From the NCBI GenBank assembly GCA_963747905.1, contig CAVVHF010000018.1, positions 1,135 to 65,134 of the forward strand: a stretch of DNA of 64,000 nt, written 5' to 3'. The translations under genes were made by a program, and so were the position numbers. This DNA comes from an uncultured bacterium (lineage in GTDB: Bacteria > Patescibacteriota > Minisyncoccia > UBA6257 > 2-01-FULL-56-20). Below are positions 25,547 to 35,614 of the stretch, in pieces (the stretch's first letter is position 1; each line of letters starts with the position of its first letter). The notes under the pieces are model-generated. The model was given only the letters and a program-made list of their open reading frames with translations, made no database searches and had not been told where the DNA came from.

Positions 25547-25963
25547 TTATGCCTTCTTTCTAAACACCGTCAACCCGCTACGCTTCGCATATCCGCATTT
25601 TTCGGCGAAGACGAAATTTTTCTTTTCGGTCTCAAAATAGATCGACGTGCCTTTCGCGAGTGTGGCGATCTTTTTCATCATCCGCAACCCTAACCCCTGG
25701 CGTTGATATTCCGGCGCAATGACGAGGTCGAGGATCTTCGTGTCGATGGCAAAGTCGCTGAGCGCTCTGCCAATGCCGATAAGTTCGCCGTCACCGTTCC
25801 GCGCGGAGATGACGATGTCGCAGTTCGCGAGAGAGCGCTTCATCCGTACCGTGGAATATTCTTTCGCGGCACCCCAGCCAAGCTCTATATACAGCGCCGC
25901 CGCTTCGGCGGGTTTTACCGATTTTTTATCGGCAGAGATGACGATATCGAGCGCGATAGACAT
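25547..25963 (-). CDS. GNAT family N-acetyltransferase
   Basis: Acetyl-CoA motif QRQGLGLRMMKKI. Confidence 0.7.
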   Translation of the reverse strand: MSIALDIVISADKKSVKPAEAAALYIELGWGAAKEYSTVRMKRSLANCDIVISARNGDGELIGIGRALSDFAIDTKILDLVIAPEYQRQGLGLRMMKKIATLAKGTSIYFETEKKNFVFAEKCGYAKRSGLTVFRKKA

Positions 25964-25969
25964 GACACG

Positions 25970-27064
25970 CTACTGCTCTTTCTCTAATTTTTCCAACAGC
26001 TCTTTTGCCTTCGCACCCGGCTTCTTCGGGGCCTTGATAATAAAATTCACTAACAGATCACCACAGGCGCGCGAATTGATGTGCGGCATACCGTGCCCGG
26101 CCACCCGCAACGACTCCTTAAGATTGAACCCTGCAGGGATCTCCACGGTCGTCGTGCCGCCGGAGACCACCGGTACCGCGATCGCTTTGCCAAGTAAGAC
26201 GTCGACCAACTTGAGCTCTTTTGTGACGATGAGATCGGCGCCGTGCCGCGCGAATACCGCGCTCGGCCGCACGCGCACGCGCACATAGAGATCGCCCGCG
26301 ACAGTGCCGCGTTCGCCGGCCTCGCCCATCCCCTTCACTTTAATAAGCTGATTGTCGTCAATGCCCGCCATGATGTCGATCTTGATCTCGCGATCCGCCA
26401 TCACGCGCCCCGCGCCGCGGCATGCGCCGCACGGTTTCTTCGGTACTTCACCCGCGCCATGACATTTTGAGCACGCCTTGACCTGCGAAAAATTGCCGAA
26501 CATTGTTCGGCGCTGCTCGCGCACCTGGCCCTGCCCATCGCACGTGGAACATTTTTCAAAACCGCTGCCCAGTTCCGCGCCTTTGCCGCCGCATTTCGCA
26601 CATTGGACAAATGTTTTCAAGCGGACAGTTTTAATCGTTCCGGAAAACGCCTCTTCTAATGTGATCTGCTCGTGCACCTCGAGATCGGATCCCGACTCGT
26701 AGGTCTTGCGCCGCGATGCGCCGCCCATTCCACCGCCAAAGAACGTTTCAAAAATGTCGCCGAGGTCGCCCATATCGCCGAATTGTGACGGATCAAAACC
26801 ACCGAAGCCGCCGCTCCATTGTGCACCGCCATTTGCGCCGCCGCCAAATCCGCCCATCGGATCCGCCGTGCCAAAGCGATCGTACTGCGCGCGTTTGTTT
26901 TTGTCGGACAACACCTGATACGCCTCGTTGATTTCTTTGAACTTTGCCTCATTGCCACCAGCCTTGTCTGGATGATGTTGGTGCGCAAGTTTGCGATATG
27001 CTTTTTTAACCTCTTCTTCCGAAGCGGTCTTTTGTACTCCTAAAATTGAATAATAATCTTTCAT
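25970..27064 (-). CDS. dnaJ: molecular chaperone DnaJ
   Basis: J-domain with HPD; Gly-rich linker; four CxxCxGxG zinc-finger repeats. Confidence 0.9.
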   Translation of the reverse strand: MKDYYSILGVQKTASEEEVKKAYRKLAHQHHPDKAGGNEAKFKEINEAYQVLSDKNKRAQYDRFGTADPMGGFGGGANGGAQWSGGFGGFDPSQFGDMGDLGDIFETFFGGGMGGASRRKTYESGSDLEVHEQITLEEAFSGTIKTVRLKTFVQCAKCGGKGAELGSGFEKCSTCDGQGQVREQRRTMFGNFSQVKACSKCHGAGEVPKKPCGACRGAGRVMADREIKIDIMAGIDDNQLIKVKGMGEAGERGTVAGDLYVRVRVRPSAVFARHGADLIVTKELKLVDVLLGKAIAVPVVSGGTTTVEIPAGFNLKESLRVAGHGMPHINSRACGDLLVNFIIKAPKKPGAKAKELLEKLEKEQ

Positions 27065-27092
27065 AAAAATTTAATACATTATTGCGCGCCTA

Positions 27093-28082
27093 TTAATATC
27101 CAATAACCTCCCGCGAATGCGGCTCTTCGGATATCTTCATGAACCCCGACGCAAGGAGCAGCTCGTAAAAAACGAGACATATGAATTGCGCAAACCATAC
27201 GAACAGGATGCCGAGCGTGCGCAAGCCGATAAAGAGCACCGTCACCCAGCCGACATCGAACCATCCCGACGACTGGCTCTGCCACGCGTTCAGCACGCCA
27301 TTCAGCACATTATAGAACGCGTCACTCGTGGGCGATGACGTGACGACTGTGCCGGACGCGTCTTCCAAAAAGTTTTGCGTGAACTGGGTGGTCGCCTGCT
27401 GGAGCGCGATATTTTTCTGGGCATCGTTCAGGCTTTGAAAACTCGGATTGTTCGCCAGCTCCATCTTGGAAACGCTTTGCGCGAAATCGCCGAACGAGCC
27501 GTTGAGTGACAGCTCCGGATAGAAGCTGTTCACGAGCCCGGAGGTCCAGTCAAAGAACGTTCGGAAACTTTGTTGGGAAACGATGAGCGCATTGCCGCCG
27601 AGCTGTGGAACATACGCAAGGATCATAAAGAGCAGGACTGCGGTCGTGAACTTTCCCAACACGTCTCCGCTCGCGCCCAAGAACGGGATCTCGATCCCAT
27701 TCCGCACCTGCGTGCGAGCGCTGAAATGCCCCCACACGAGCATGACAATCATAATGACGGCAATAACGCCGATGATCTGCGCATTGTCCCGCCAAAAAAA
27801 TCCGAGCATCGCCACTGTTTCAAAAAAAATAACGAGCATGCTCCGCCATCCGTTCTTGGACAAAAATACCTCCATGACGGATACCACCCCAAAGAACGTG
27901 AGCGCGGCGAATAAGAACCACACCGACCATCCTTGCGTGAGATAGCGATAGTAGCAATAGCCAAACAGCGCGGCGGACAACACCGCCGCCGCATCAAGAC
28001 TAAGCGACCGCCACGTGCCCGACGGGCGCTGGGCCGTGCTGATCTTAGGCCGATTGATCAGGTTTTGGTTCTGCGGGTCCAT
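27093..28082 (-). CDS. hypothetical polytopic membrane protein inserted between dnaK and dnaJ
   Basis: Hydrophobic ORF; the longest frame (to 28208) overlaps the dnaK 3' end, so a start at MDPQNQ (28082) is assumed. Confidence 0.5.
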   Translation of the reverse strand: MDPQNQNLINRPKISTAQRPSGTWRSLSLDAAAVLSAALFGYCYYRYLTQGWSVWFLFAALTFFGVVSVMEVFLSKNGWRSMLVIFFETVAMLGFFWRDNAQIIGVIAVIMIVMLVWGHFSARTQVRNGIEIPFLGASGDVLGKFTTAVLLFMILAYVPQLGGNALIVSQQSFRTFFDWTSGLVNSFYPELSLNGSFGDFAQSVSKMELANNPSFQSLNDAQKNIALQQATTQFTQNFLEDASGTVVTSSPTSDAFYNVLNGVLNAWQSQSSGWFDVGWVTVLFIGLRTLGILFVWFAQFICLVFYELLLASGFMKISEEPHSREVIGY

Positions 28083-29982
28083 CGGGTTGCTGCCCAACAT
28101 TATCCCCCTGAGGTTCATTGGGTTTATTATACGCCGCTTGCCCGATCTTTTGTATCTCTGTCGAAAGTGCCTCGGTCGCAGCTTTGATCGCCGCTTCATC
28201 TTCGGCATCTTTCACGCTCTTCAGCGCCGCCAGTTTTTCTTCCACGCCGGCCTTCACCTCCGCCGGCAGTTTATCACCCGCATCCTTTATCGATTTCTCG
28301 GCAAGATAGATGAGCGACTCCGCCTGATTGCGCGTCTCAATGAGTGCCTTTCTCTTTTCATCTTCCACCGCATGTTCTGCCGTTTCCTTCTTTAACTTCT
28401 CGATCTCTTCTTTTGAAAGGTTGCTCGACGCTTCCACTTTAACCGACTGCACTTTGCCGCTCGCTTTGTCTTTTGCCGAGACGTTCAAGATGCCGTTCGC
28501 GTCGATGTCGAACGTGACCTCCACCTGCGGGACGCCGCGCGGCGATGGCGGAATTCCGTCGAGAATGAACTTCGCGAGCGTCTTGTTGTCGCCGGACATC
28601 GGACGCTCACCCTGCAAAACATGCACTTCCACCGACGTCTGATTGTCCGCCGCCGTCGAGAAGATCTGCGACTTCGCTGTCGGCACCGTCGTGTTCTTCG
28701 GGATCATCGGCGTCGCCACGCCGCCGTATGTCTCGATGCTCAGCGAGAGCGGCGTCACATCCAAAAGTAAAATATCCTTCACTTCGCCTTCCGTCTTGCG
28801 GCCTTCTGCTTTCGCTGCCAAAATTTCGGCCTGAATGCCCGCGCCGAGCGCGACCACCTCGTCGGGATTGATCCCTTGATGCGGCTCTTTTCCAAATAAC
28901 GCCTTCACCGCTTCCTGCATCGCCGGCATACGCGTCTGCCCACCGACGAGGATCACTTCCGCGATCTCGCTTAGCTGATATCCGGCGCCCTTCGGCGCGG
29001 GCGATGTCACTGTTTCTTTCGTCAGTTGGATCGAACGATCGACGTATTCTTGAACGAGCGACTCGAGCTTCGCACGCGTCAGCTTGATCTGAAAGTGCTT
29101 CGGTCCGTTCGCATCGGACGAGATGTACGGAATGTTGATCTCCGTCTCGAGCGCGGTCGAAAGCTCGTGTTTCGCGCGCTCCGCAGCTTCCTTCAGCCGC
29201 TGGACCGCAAGCGGGTCTTTGGAGATATCGATGCCTTCCTGTTTCTTATATTCCGCGACTAGATATTCCTGGATCTTCTTATCGAAATCGTCGCCGCCAA
29301 GGTGCGTGTCACCGCCCGTCGCGCGAACCTCCACCGTTTGCTCTTTGGATTCGGCGTCGTAGCCCATTTCCAAAACAGACACATCAAATGTTCCGCCTCC
29401 AAAATCATAGACCACGATCTTCTGATTTTTTTCTTTGTTCACTCCATACGCGAACGCAGCGGCGGTCGGCTCGTTCAAGATGCGATCCACTTTCAGCCCT
29501 GCGATCTCGCCGGCGTTCTTTGTCGCTTGTCTTTGCGAATCATCAAAATACGCAGGCACGGTGATGACCGCCTCGGTGATCTTCTCTCCAAGTTTTGCTT
29601 CGGCATCGGCCTTCAGTTTACTCAAGATGAACGCGGAGATCTCCTCCGGCGAATACCACTTATCGCCCATCTTCACTTCCACGCCGCCGGTCGCGCCGGC
29701 GCGGATCTCGTACGGAAGCCACGCTTTGTCGCGTTGGACCTCCGCATCGGTAAACTTACGTCCAATCAGGCGCTTCACGGAAAATATCGTGTTCGTTGGG
29801 TTCGTTACCGACTGCCGCTTGGCGAGCAATCCCACCAGCCGCTCACCGCCTTTCGAGAGCGCAACGATGGAGGGCGTCGTACGATTACCCTCGCTGTTCT
29901 CCAATATCTGCAACTCGCCATTCTTCATGACGGAGACGGCTGAGTTTGTTGTTCCTAAATCGATTCCAATTATTTTTGCCAT
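28045..29982 (-). CDS. dnaK: molecular chaperone DnaK (Hsp70)
   Basis: [10 protein letters not shown] and DLGGGTFD motifs; 645 aa. Confidence 0.95.
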   Translation of the reverse strand: MAKIIGIDLGTTNSAVSVMKNGELQILENSEGNRTTPSIVALSKGGERLVGLLAKRQSVTNPTNTIFSVKRLIGRKFTDAEVQRDKAWLPYEIRAGATGGVEVKMGDKWYSPEEISAFILSKLKADAEAKLGEKITEAVITVPAYFDDSQRQATKNAGEIAGLKVDRILNEPTAAAFAYGVNKEKNQKIVVYDFGGGTFDVSVLEMGYDAESKEQTVEVRATGGDTHLGGDDFDKKIQEYLVAEYKKQEGIDISKDPLAVQRLKEAAERAKHELSTALETEINIPYISSDANGPKHFQIKLTRAKLESLVQEYVDRSIQLTKETVTSPAPKGAGYQLSEIAEVILVGGQTRMPAMQEAVKALFGKEPHQGINPDEVVALGAGIQAEILAAKAEGRKTEGEVKDILLLDVTPLSLSIETYGGVATPMIPKNTTVPTAKSQIFSTAADNQTSVEVHVLQGERPMSGDNKTLAKFILDGIPPSPRGVPQVEVTFDIDANGILNVSAKDKASGKVQSVKVEASSNLSKEEIEKLKKETAEHAVEDEKRKALIETRNQAESLIYLAEKSIKDAGDKLPAEVKAGVEEKLAALKSVKDAEDEAAIKAATEALSTEIQKIGQAAYNKPNEPQGDNVGQQPDGPAEPKPDQSA

Positions 29983-29983
29983 G

Positions 29984-30142
29984 TTATTTTTTTAATGATT
30001 TTTTTATTTTTTCATCTACCGCTCCGCACCACGGGCAAAACCAATCTTTCTTTTTCTTCGGTGCGTCGCCGATCGCCCACCACTTCTTACATTTCCAGCA
30101 TTGAAAATGATTCAATGCCTCCACCGCGCGTTTGTGTTTCAT
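29984..30142 (-). CDS. small zinc-ribbon protein (52 aa, CWKC...CPWC) translationally coupled to grpE through an ATGA overlap
   Basis: Hand translation gives [52 protein letters not shown]; its ATG overlaps the grpE TGA stop. Confidence 0.45.
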   Translation of the reverse strand: MKHKRAVEALNHFQCWKCKKWWAIGDAPKKKKDWFCPWCGAVDEKIKKSLKK

Positions 30143-30633
30143 GTTCCCTTGCTTATAATCACGCGCGCCGGGCGCAAGACCTTTTCATGTAATCGGTATC
30201 CCTGCTCAATCACCTCCACCACGGCACCCGCCAGTTTTTCGGACGCGACCTCCGCGAGCGCTTCCGCAGTCGCGGGATCGAACACGTCCCCTTCTTTTAC
30301 GTCCACCTTCTCCAATCCCCGCTTTTTTAAAATATCCTCGATCTGCGTGCGGATAAGATAGATCCCTTTTTCCACCGGCCCGACTTTCTCTAAAGTGCGC
30401 AAAGCGAGATCAAAGTTGTCCATCACTGAAATAAGGTCCTTGATCAGATCCTCACTTCCGTAGCGTGCGACCTCGATGGCGCGATTCGACTCCTCTTTTT
30501 TATAATTAATAAAGTCCGCTTTCGCGCGCTGCCATCCGGCAAGATATTCATCCCGCTGAGCCGACATCTCTTCTATCTGCTCCTCGAGGTCGACCACCGT
30601 CGGTTCCGGCAATTTGTTTTCTTCGTCCGCCAT
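30139..30633 (-). CDS. grpE: nucleotide exchange factor GrpE
   Basis: Coiled-coil N-terminus and a C-terminal beta domain; sits between hrcA and dnaK. Confidence 0.85.
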   Translation of the reverse strand: MADEENKLPEPTVVDLEEQIEEMSAQRDEYLAGWQRAKADFINYKKEESNRAIEVARYGSEDLIKDLISVMDNFDLALRTLEKVGPVEKGIYLIRTQIEDILKKRGLEKVDVKEGDVFDPATAEALAEVASEKLAGAVVEVIEQGYRLHEKVLRPARVIISKGT

Positions 30634-30651
30634 TGGTTTGTTAAAATTTGA

Positions 30652-31344
30652 TTAAAGATTTTTAAATATTCGTATGACCTTTTTGTAGTCCATCCGTTTG
30701 GGGCCGATGGCAAAGATGGAGATTGTCGCGTCGCCGATCTGATAGTTTCCACCCACAACGGAGAGATTGTCGCTCGTCGTCAGCGGACTTTTCTTCCCGA
30801 TGAAGATCTGCGGGCCGATGCCCATCTTCTCCGCCGCGCGCGGCGCGCGCTCGTCTACTTCCTCGAAATCGTGAATGACCGAACGGATGCCGCTCTGATC
30901 CTGCCAGTCGAGATGGTCGATCAGGTGTTGGAGGCCCGCTTTATATACCGATTCGCGCGCGCGATCCGCGGCGACGGAAAGCAAGCCGAGCTGAGCCGAA
31001 AGCTCGTTCAAAAGATCGGGCCACGCCTGCTCTTGGAGCAATAGATGGAGATCATTTTGTTTTGCGGTAACGGTGCGATCGCCCGAGGCGCTCGGCACGC
31101 TTGCAATCCCCAACATTCGCTTCGCAAAAAATTCATAGCCGGCGTTCGTCGGCATGCGTCCCGCCGAGTGGTGCGGCTGCTCGAGATACCCAGTGTTCTC
31201 AAGCTCATCAAGCTCGAGCCGAATCATCGCCGGCTTTATCCCGAAGTCGTAACGATCGTAGAGTAAGCCGGAGCTCACCGGATCGCCGGTGTTGATAAAC
31301 TCCTGGATCGCCGCTTCTAAAATCTGTGCCGTTCGATCAGTCAT
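30652..31344 (-). CDS. hrcA: heat-inducible transcription repressor HrcA (short, 230 aa)
   Basis: N-terminal winged-HTH (ILEAAIQEFINTGDPVSSGLL) and operon position; a CIRCE-like element lies upstream. Confidence 0.75.
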   Translation of the reverse strand: MTDRTAQILEAAIQEFINTGDPVSSGLLYDRYDFGIKPAMIRLELDELENTGYLEQPHHSAGRMPTNAGYEFFAKRMLGIASVPSASGDRTVTAKQNDLHLLLQEQAWPDLLNELSAQLGLLSVAADRARESVYKAGLQHLIDHLDWQDQSGIRSVIHDFEEVDERAPRAAEKMGIGPQIFIGKKSPLTTSDNLSVVGGNYQIGDATISIFAIGPKRMDYKKVIRIFKNL

Positions 31345-31365
31345 GCACTATCTATTTTAGCCAGA

Positions 31366-31392
31366 TTAGCAATCAAGTCAAGGGATTGCCAA
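31366..31392. promoter_or_regulatory. CIRCE-like operator TTAGCAATC-N9-GATTGCCAA (8/9 inverted repeat; variant of TTAGCACTC-N9-GAGTGCTAA) upstream of hrcA
   Basis: Read directly; GAGTGC also occurs immediately 3' of it. Confidence 0.5.
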
Positions 31393-31463
31393 GAGTGCGG
31401 GCGTGGATAAAAAAGGGCGACCGAACATTGCGTTGTTCGACCGCCGTATGGAGCACGCGCACG

Positions 31464-31667
31464 CTAGGAGAAACATCCTCCCATACCGCCCTCTTCCAGG
31501 AGATGGATCGCCTCACTAATCTGATCTGAGGAGCTACTGGTTTGCCGCTCCGTTTCTTGGATATCGGCGAGCGACAACCGCCAGTCCAACGTATTCTGTC
31601 GCAACTGTTGCCCTAGAATCTTCTCGCGGGCAACGCTCTTTCTCTGCACCGAAGCACTGCTTGGCAT
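31464..31667 (-). CDS. hypothetical small protein (about 67 aa from an internal Met)
   Basis: ORF only; no motif recognised. Confidence 0.2.
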   Translation of the reverse strand: MPSSASVQRKSVAREKILGQQLRQNTLDWRLSLADIQETERQTSSSSDQISEAIHLLEEGGMGGCFS

Positions 31668-31778
31668 TGATCCTCCCCAGAAAACTTTATTTCTAAGATT
31701 AGTTATATCATAATCACAATAAAATGGAAGCCTCCCCCTCTGCGGTATGCACAAGCTTTTTTATGTTAAAATATCATT

Positions 31779-32660
31779 ATGGAAATAAAGAAAGGGAAAG
31801 GGGTCCAGTGGGTCGACGTGGCGAAGCCGACGGACAAGGATCTGGCGTGGCTCGAAAAGGAATATAAGCTCCATCCCGTTATCGTGGAGGAATTGCGGGG
31901 GCCCTCGGCACGGGGGCGCGTAGAGGCATATAAAGATTATCTTTATTTCATCTATTACTTCCCTGTTTATGATCGCGACGACGAGGCGTCGACACGCACC
32001 GAGATCGATTTCATCGTCACTAAGGACAGCATCGCGACCGTCCACTATGACGGCTTGGACGATGTGATGAACGGCTTGGACGTAACAGAATGCGATTCAT
32101 CGCTCGCGGTGATGTACCGTCTCATCGAACATCTCATCAACTTTCAGGAGCGGCAGTTGCGCCACATCCGCGAAAAAGTGGAAGCGGTCGGCAAGGAGAT
32201 TTTTAAAGACAAAGAGAAAGAGGTGCTTGAACGCATTACCTACCTCAAGCGCGACGTTTCGGAGTACCGCATCGTCGTACGCCTCCAAGAACCAATCCTG
32301 CGCTCGCTCCTCGCAAAAGGAAAAAAGTTCTGGGGCGACAGCGCCGAGATCTATCTGAACGATCTCATCGGCGACCAGCTGAAGGTTGTAAATCAGCTTG
32401 AAGACTATCGCGAAGCGATTGCCGACTTTGAAGACACCAACAATCAGCTGATGAACCTCAAGATCAACAGCGTCATGAAAACATTCACGTCGCTTTCATT
32501 CCTCACCTTCCCCTTCATGCTCATCGCCGCGCTCTTCAGTATGAACACTCGCGGCACGCCGATCATCGAACTCCCCTACTCATTCTGGATCATCTTTGGC
32601 ATCATGATCGTCGGAATGGTCGCAATGACCGTTTACTTCAAGCGAAAGGGATGGTTCTAG
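31779..32660 (+). CDS. corA: CorA-family divalent cation (Mg2+/Co2+) transporter
   Basis: 293 aa with a soluble N-terminal domain and two C-terminal TM helices; FSMN in place of the canonical GMN loop. Confidence 0.65.
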   Translation: MEIKKGKGVQWVDVAKPTDKDLAWLEKEYKLHPVIVEELRGPSARGRVEAYKDYLYFIYYFPVYDRDDEASTRTEIDFIVTKDSIATVHYDGLDDVMNGLDVTECDSSLAVMYRLIEHLINFQERQLRHIREKVEAVGKEIFKDKEKEVLERITYLKRDVSEYRIVVRLQEPILRSLLAKGKKFWGDSAEIYLNDLIGDQLKVVNQLEDYREAIADFEDTNNQLMNLKINSVMKTFTSLSFLTFPFMLIAALFSMNTRGTPIIELPYSFWIIFGIMIVGMVAMTVYFKRKGWF

Positions 32661-32684
32661 GTCTCGCGCAGTTCTCATCATCGT

Positions 32685-34100
32685 ATGATCACGCTCTATA
32701 ATACACTCTCACGCAAGAAGGAATCGCTTAAACCCATTCATCCGGACTGGGTCGGTCTCTATACCTGCGGGCCGACGGTGTATAACTTCGCGCACATCGG
32801 CAATCTCCGCACCTATATTTTTGAAGACGTCCTCGAACGAACTCTGCGCTTCGACGGCCACGCCGTACGGCGCGTGATGAATATCACGGACGTTGGCCAC
32901 CTTACCGGCGACACCGACGCGGGCGACGATAAGCTTGAGACTGCGGCCGAGACACAAAAAAAATCAGTGGAGGAAATTGCCAAGTTCTATACCGATGCAT
33001 TCTTTGAGGACCTTGCGAAGCTGAATATTATAAAACCAGATATCGTCGCACCCGCGAGCGCGTACGTGCGCGAGCAGATTGCGTTAGTTCAGATATTGCT
33101 CGAAAAAGGGTTCGCGTATGACACACCGAAAGCGGTTTATTTTAATGTAACCGCGTTCCCCGATTACGGCGCCCTCTCTGGACAATCGCTCGCGGAAAAA
33201 ATGACCGGCGCGCGCGAAGAAGTGGTCGTTGACGACGACAAGCGCAATCCCGCCGATTTCGCGCTCTGGTTCAAGTTGGAAGGAAAGTTTAAAAAACACT
33301 TACTGCATTGGCCGTCACCATGGGGTGAAGGATTTCCCGGATGGCATATCGAGTGCTCCGCGATCGCACGGCACTTCCTTGGACAGCCGTTCGACATCCA
33401 TGCGGGCGGCATCGACCTTGTGGGCACGCATCACACGAACGAGATCGCGCAATCGGAGGCCGCATACGACGTTCCGCTCGCACACATGTGGATGCACGGC
33501 GAACATCTACTGATCGACAACGGCAAGATGGCAAAGTCGGAGGGAAATTTTCTTACGCTCACCGAGCTGGAAGCAAAAGGATATCATCCCCTCGTCTATC
33601 GCTATCTCGTGCTCGGCGCGCACTATCGCACGCGGCTGAACTTTACCTGGGAAAGTTTGGACGCGGCGCGGAACGGCATTGAGCGGCTCTATGAAGCGGT
33701 GAATGATCTCTATGGAGAAAGCGCGTCGACCAAATCGCCGAAAAAATCTCTCGAACAATACGTCGCCGAATTCCGCGCCGCGATGGACGACGATCTGAAC
33801 ACGCCCCAGGCGCTTGCCATACTCCACGAAATGCTGGCTGATGGCGGCAATCCAAAAGAGAAGCTTACGCTCGTCAAGCAGTGTGATACAGTTTTGGGAC
33901 TTGGATTGGAAGATGCCATGGCCGACGCAAGCGTGGCCGAGAACGACCCCAAAATCGCAGAAATGGCCCGAATATATGCCGATTTGCGGGGCAATAAACA
34001 GTTTATCCAGTCCGACGCTTTGAGAAAAGAGATAGAAGCATTAGGATATTCCATAAGGGATACCAAAGACGGTTCACGAATTAGGAAAAGATTTTTTTAA
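32685..34100 (+). CDS. cysS: cysteine--tRNA ligase
   Basis: HIGN (HIGH-type) motif, KMAKS (KMSKS) motif and Zn-binding cysteines. Confidence 0.9.
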   Translation: MITLYNTLSRKKESLKPIHPDWVGLYTCGPTVYNFAHIGNLRTYIFEDVLERTLRFDGHAVRRVMNITDVGHLTGDTDAGDDKLETAAETQKKSVEEIAKFYTDAFFEDLAKLNIIKPDIVAPASAYVREQIALVQILLEKGFAYDTPKAVYFNVTAFPDYGALSGQSLAEKMTGAREEVVVDDDKRNPADFALWFKLEGKFKKHLLHWPSPWGEGFPGWHIECSAIARHFLGQPFDIHAGGIDLVGTHHTNEIAQSEAAYDVPLAHMWMHGEHLLIDNGKMAKSEGNFLTLTELEAKGYHPLVYRYLVLGAHYRTRLNFTWESLDAARNGIERLYEAVNDLYGESASTKSPKKSLEQYVAEFRAAMDDDLNTPQALAILHEMLADGGNPKEKLTLVKQCDTVLGLGLEDAMADASVAENDPKIAEMARIYADLRGNKQFIQSDALRKEIEALGYSIRDTKDGSRIRKRFF

Positions 34101-34124
34101 TCTTTTAAATAATTATTAAAAACG

Positions 34125-35489
34125 ATGGCGGTCATCAAAAAATCACAACTGAAACTCCCACCGCAGAACCTGGAAGCAGAACAGGCGGTGTTGGGTTCCG
34201 TCCTCATCGATAAGAACGCGATCTTCCGTGTGGCGGATATTTTATTGCCGGAAGATTTTTACACGCCGACGCACGAACGGATCTACAAAGCCATCCTTAC
34301 GCTCTATGAAAAGCATCAGCCGATTGATGTGCTCAGCCTCACCAATTTCCTCAAAGAGCACGAGCTCTTAAAAGAGGTCGGCGGATCGGCGTATCTTGCG
34401 GACCTTACGAACCATGTGTCGAGCGCATCGCACGTCCAACACTATGCCACGATTGTAAAAGAGAAAAAGGTTTTGCGCGATCTCATCAAGGCGTCGGCGG
34501 AGATCGCCGAAGACGTGTTCTCGAACGGCGGCGAGGTGGAAGACCTACTTGATGACGTCGAGCAGAAGATCCTTTCGATCTCACAGAAATCCATGCCGCA
34601 AAATTTCGTATCGCTCAAGGACGACCTCACGAGCGCATACGAGCGCATCGCCAGCCTCCACGCCGGTGGCGGAAAGTTGCGCGGCGTGCCCACTGGCTTC
34701 CCTGCGCTCGACGAGACGCTTTCCGGACTTCAAAAATCCGAGCTCGTCATTCTCGGTGCGCGTCCGTCGGTCGGCAAGACGTCGCTCGCACTCGACATCG
34801 CGCGGAACGCGGGCAAGGCGGGATTCACCGTCGGACTTTTTTCGCTCGAAATGTCGCGTGAATCATTGCAGGACCGCATCATCGCTGCCGAATCGCAGGT
34901 GCCGCTCTGGAACATTCTCACCGGCCGCATTTCGAACGACAGCGAATTCTCCATGATTCAGAACGCGCTGGATCGACTTTCTACGATCAAACTTTTTATT
35001 GACGACTCTCCGTCACTGAACGTGTTGCAAATGCGCTCTATGGCACGACGGTTGCAGGTGGAACACGGGCTTGATCTGCTCATCGTGGACTACCTCCAGC
35101 TCATCCGCCCGCGCACGAACAGCGATAACATGGTGAATATGATCACCGAGATATCGCGTGGACTCAAGGCGCTTGCGCGCGAGCTCAAGGTACCGGTGCT
35201 CGCGCTCTCCCAGCTCTCGCGCGGCGTGGAACAGCGCGATCACAAGATCCCCCGCCTTTCGGATCTCCGCGAATCCGGCGCGATCGAACAGGACGCGGAC
35301 GTTGTAATGTTCCTCTGGCGCGACGAGCGTAACCCAAACGACACTACGTCGTCCATCGACAATACCGTCCACTTGCGGATCGCCAAGCACCGCAACGGCG
35401 CGCTCAAGGATCTCGACTTCTTCTTCGACGCGGAACGCGCGAGCTTCAAGACGATAGAGAAAAGATACGAGGAACTGCCGGCCCTCTGA
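34125..35489 (+). CDS. dnaB: replicative DNA helicase DnaB
   Basis: N-terminal domain LEAEQAVLGS; Walker A GARPSVGKTS; RecA-fold motifs. Confidence 0.9.
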   Translation: MAVIKKSQLKLPPQNLEAEQAVLGSVLIDKNAIFRVADILLPEDFYTPTHERIYKAILTLYEKHQPIDVLSLTNFLKEHELLKEVGGSAYLADLTNHVSSASHVQHYATIVKEKKVLRDLIKASAEIAEDVFSNGGEVEDLLDDVEQKILSISQKSMPQNFVSLKDDLTSAYERIASLHAGGGKLRGVPTGFPALDETLSGLQKSELVILGARPSVGKTSLALDIARNAGKAGFTVGLFSLEMSRESLQDRIIAAESQVPLWNILTGRISNDSEFSMIQNALDRLSTIKLFIDDSPSLNVLQMRSMARRLQVEHGLDLLIVDYLQLIRPRTNSDNMVNMITEISRGLKALARELKVPVLALSQLSRGVEQRDHKIPRLSDLRESGAIEQDADVVMFLWRDERNPNDTTSSIDNTVHLRIAKHRNGALKDLDFFFDAERASFKTIEKRYEELPAL

Positions 35490-35608
35490 GGTATAGCCTA
35501 CATACTTTTTTCAGGTACGCGTCACCGCCTTCTGGCGAGGCGCTCCATCTCAATCGCCTTCGCGACCTCCGATAGCCCCCAAAGTATGTGGCTATACCTC
35601 AGAGGGCC
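35480..35608. repeat. 28-bp inverted repeat (GGCCCTCTGAGGTATAGCCTACATACTTT) forming a long hairpin with a 70-nt spacer in the convergent dnaB/VanY intergenic region
   Basis: Read directly; the left arm overlaps the dnaB stop codon and the right arm ends 6 nt before the VanY stop. Confidence 0.5.
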
Positions 35609-35614
35609 AACACC

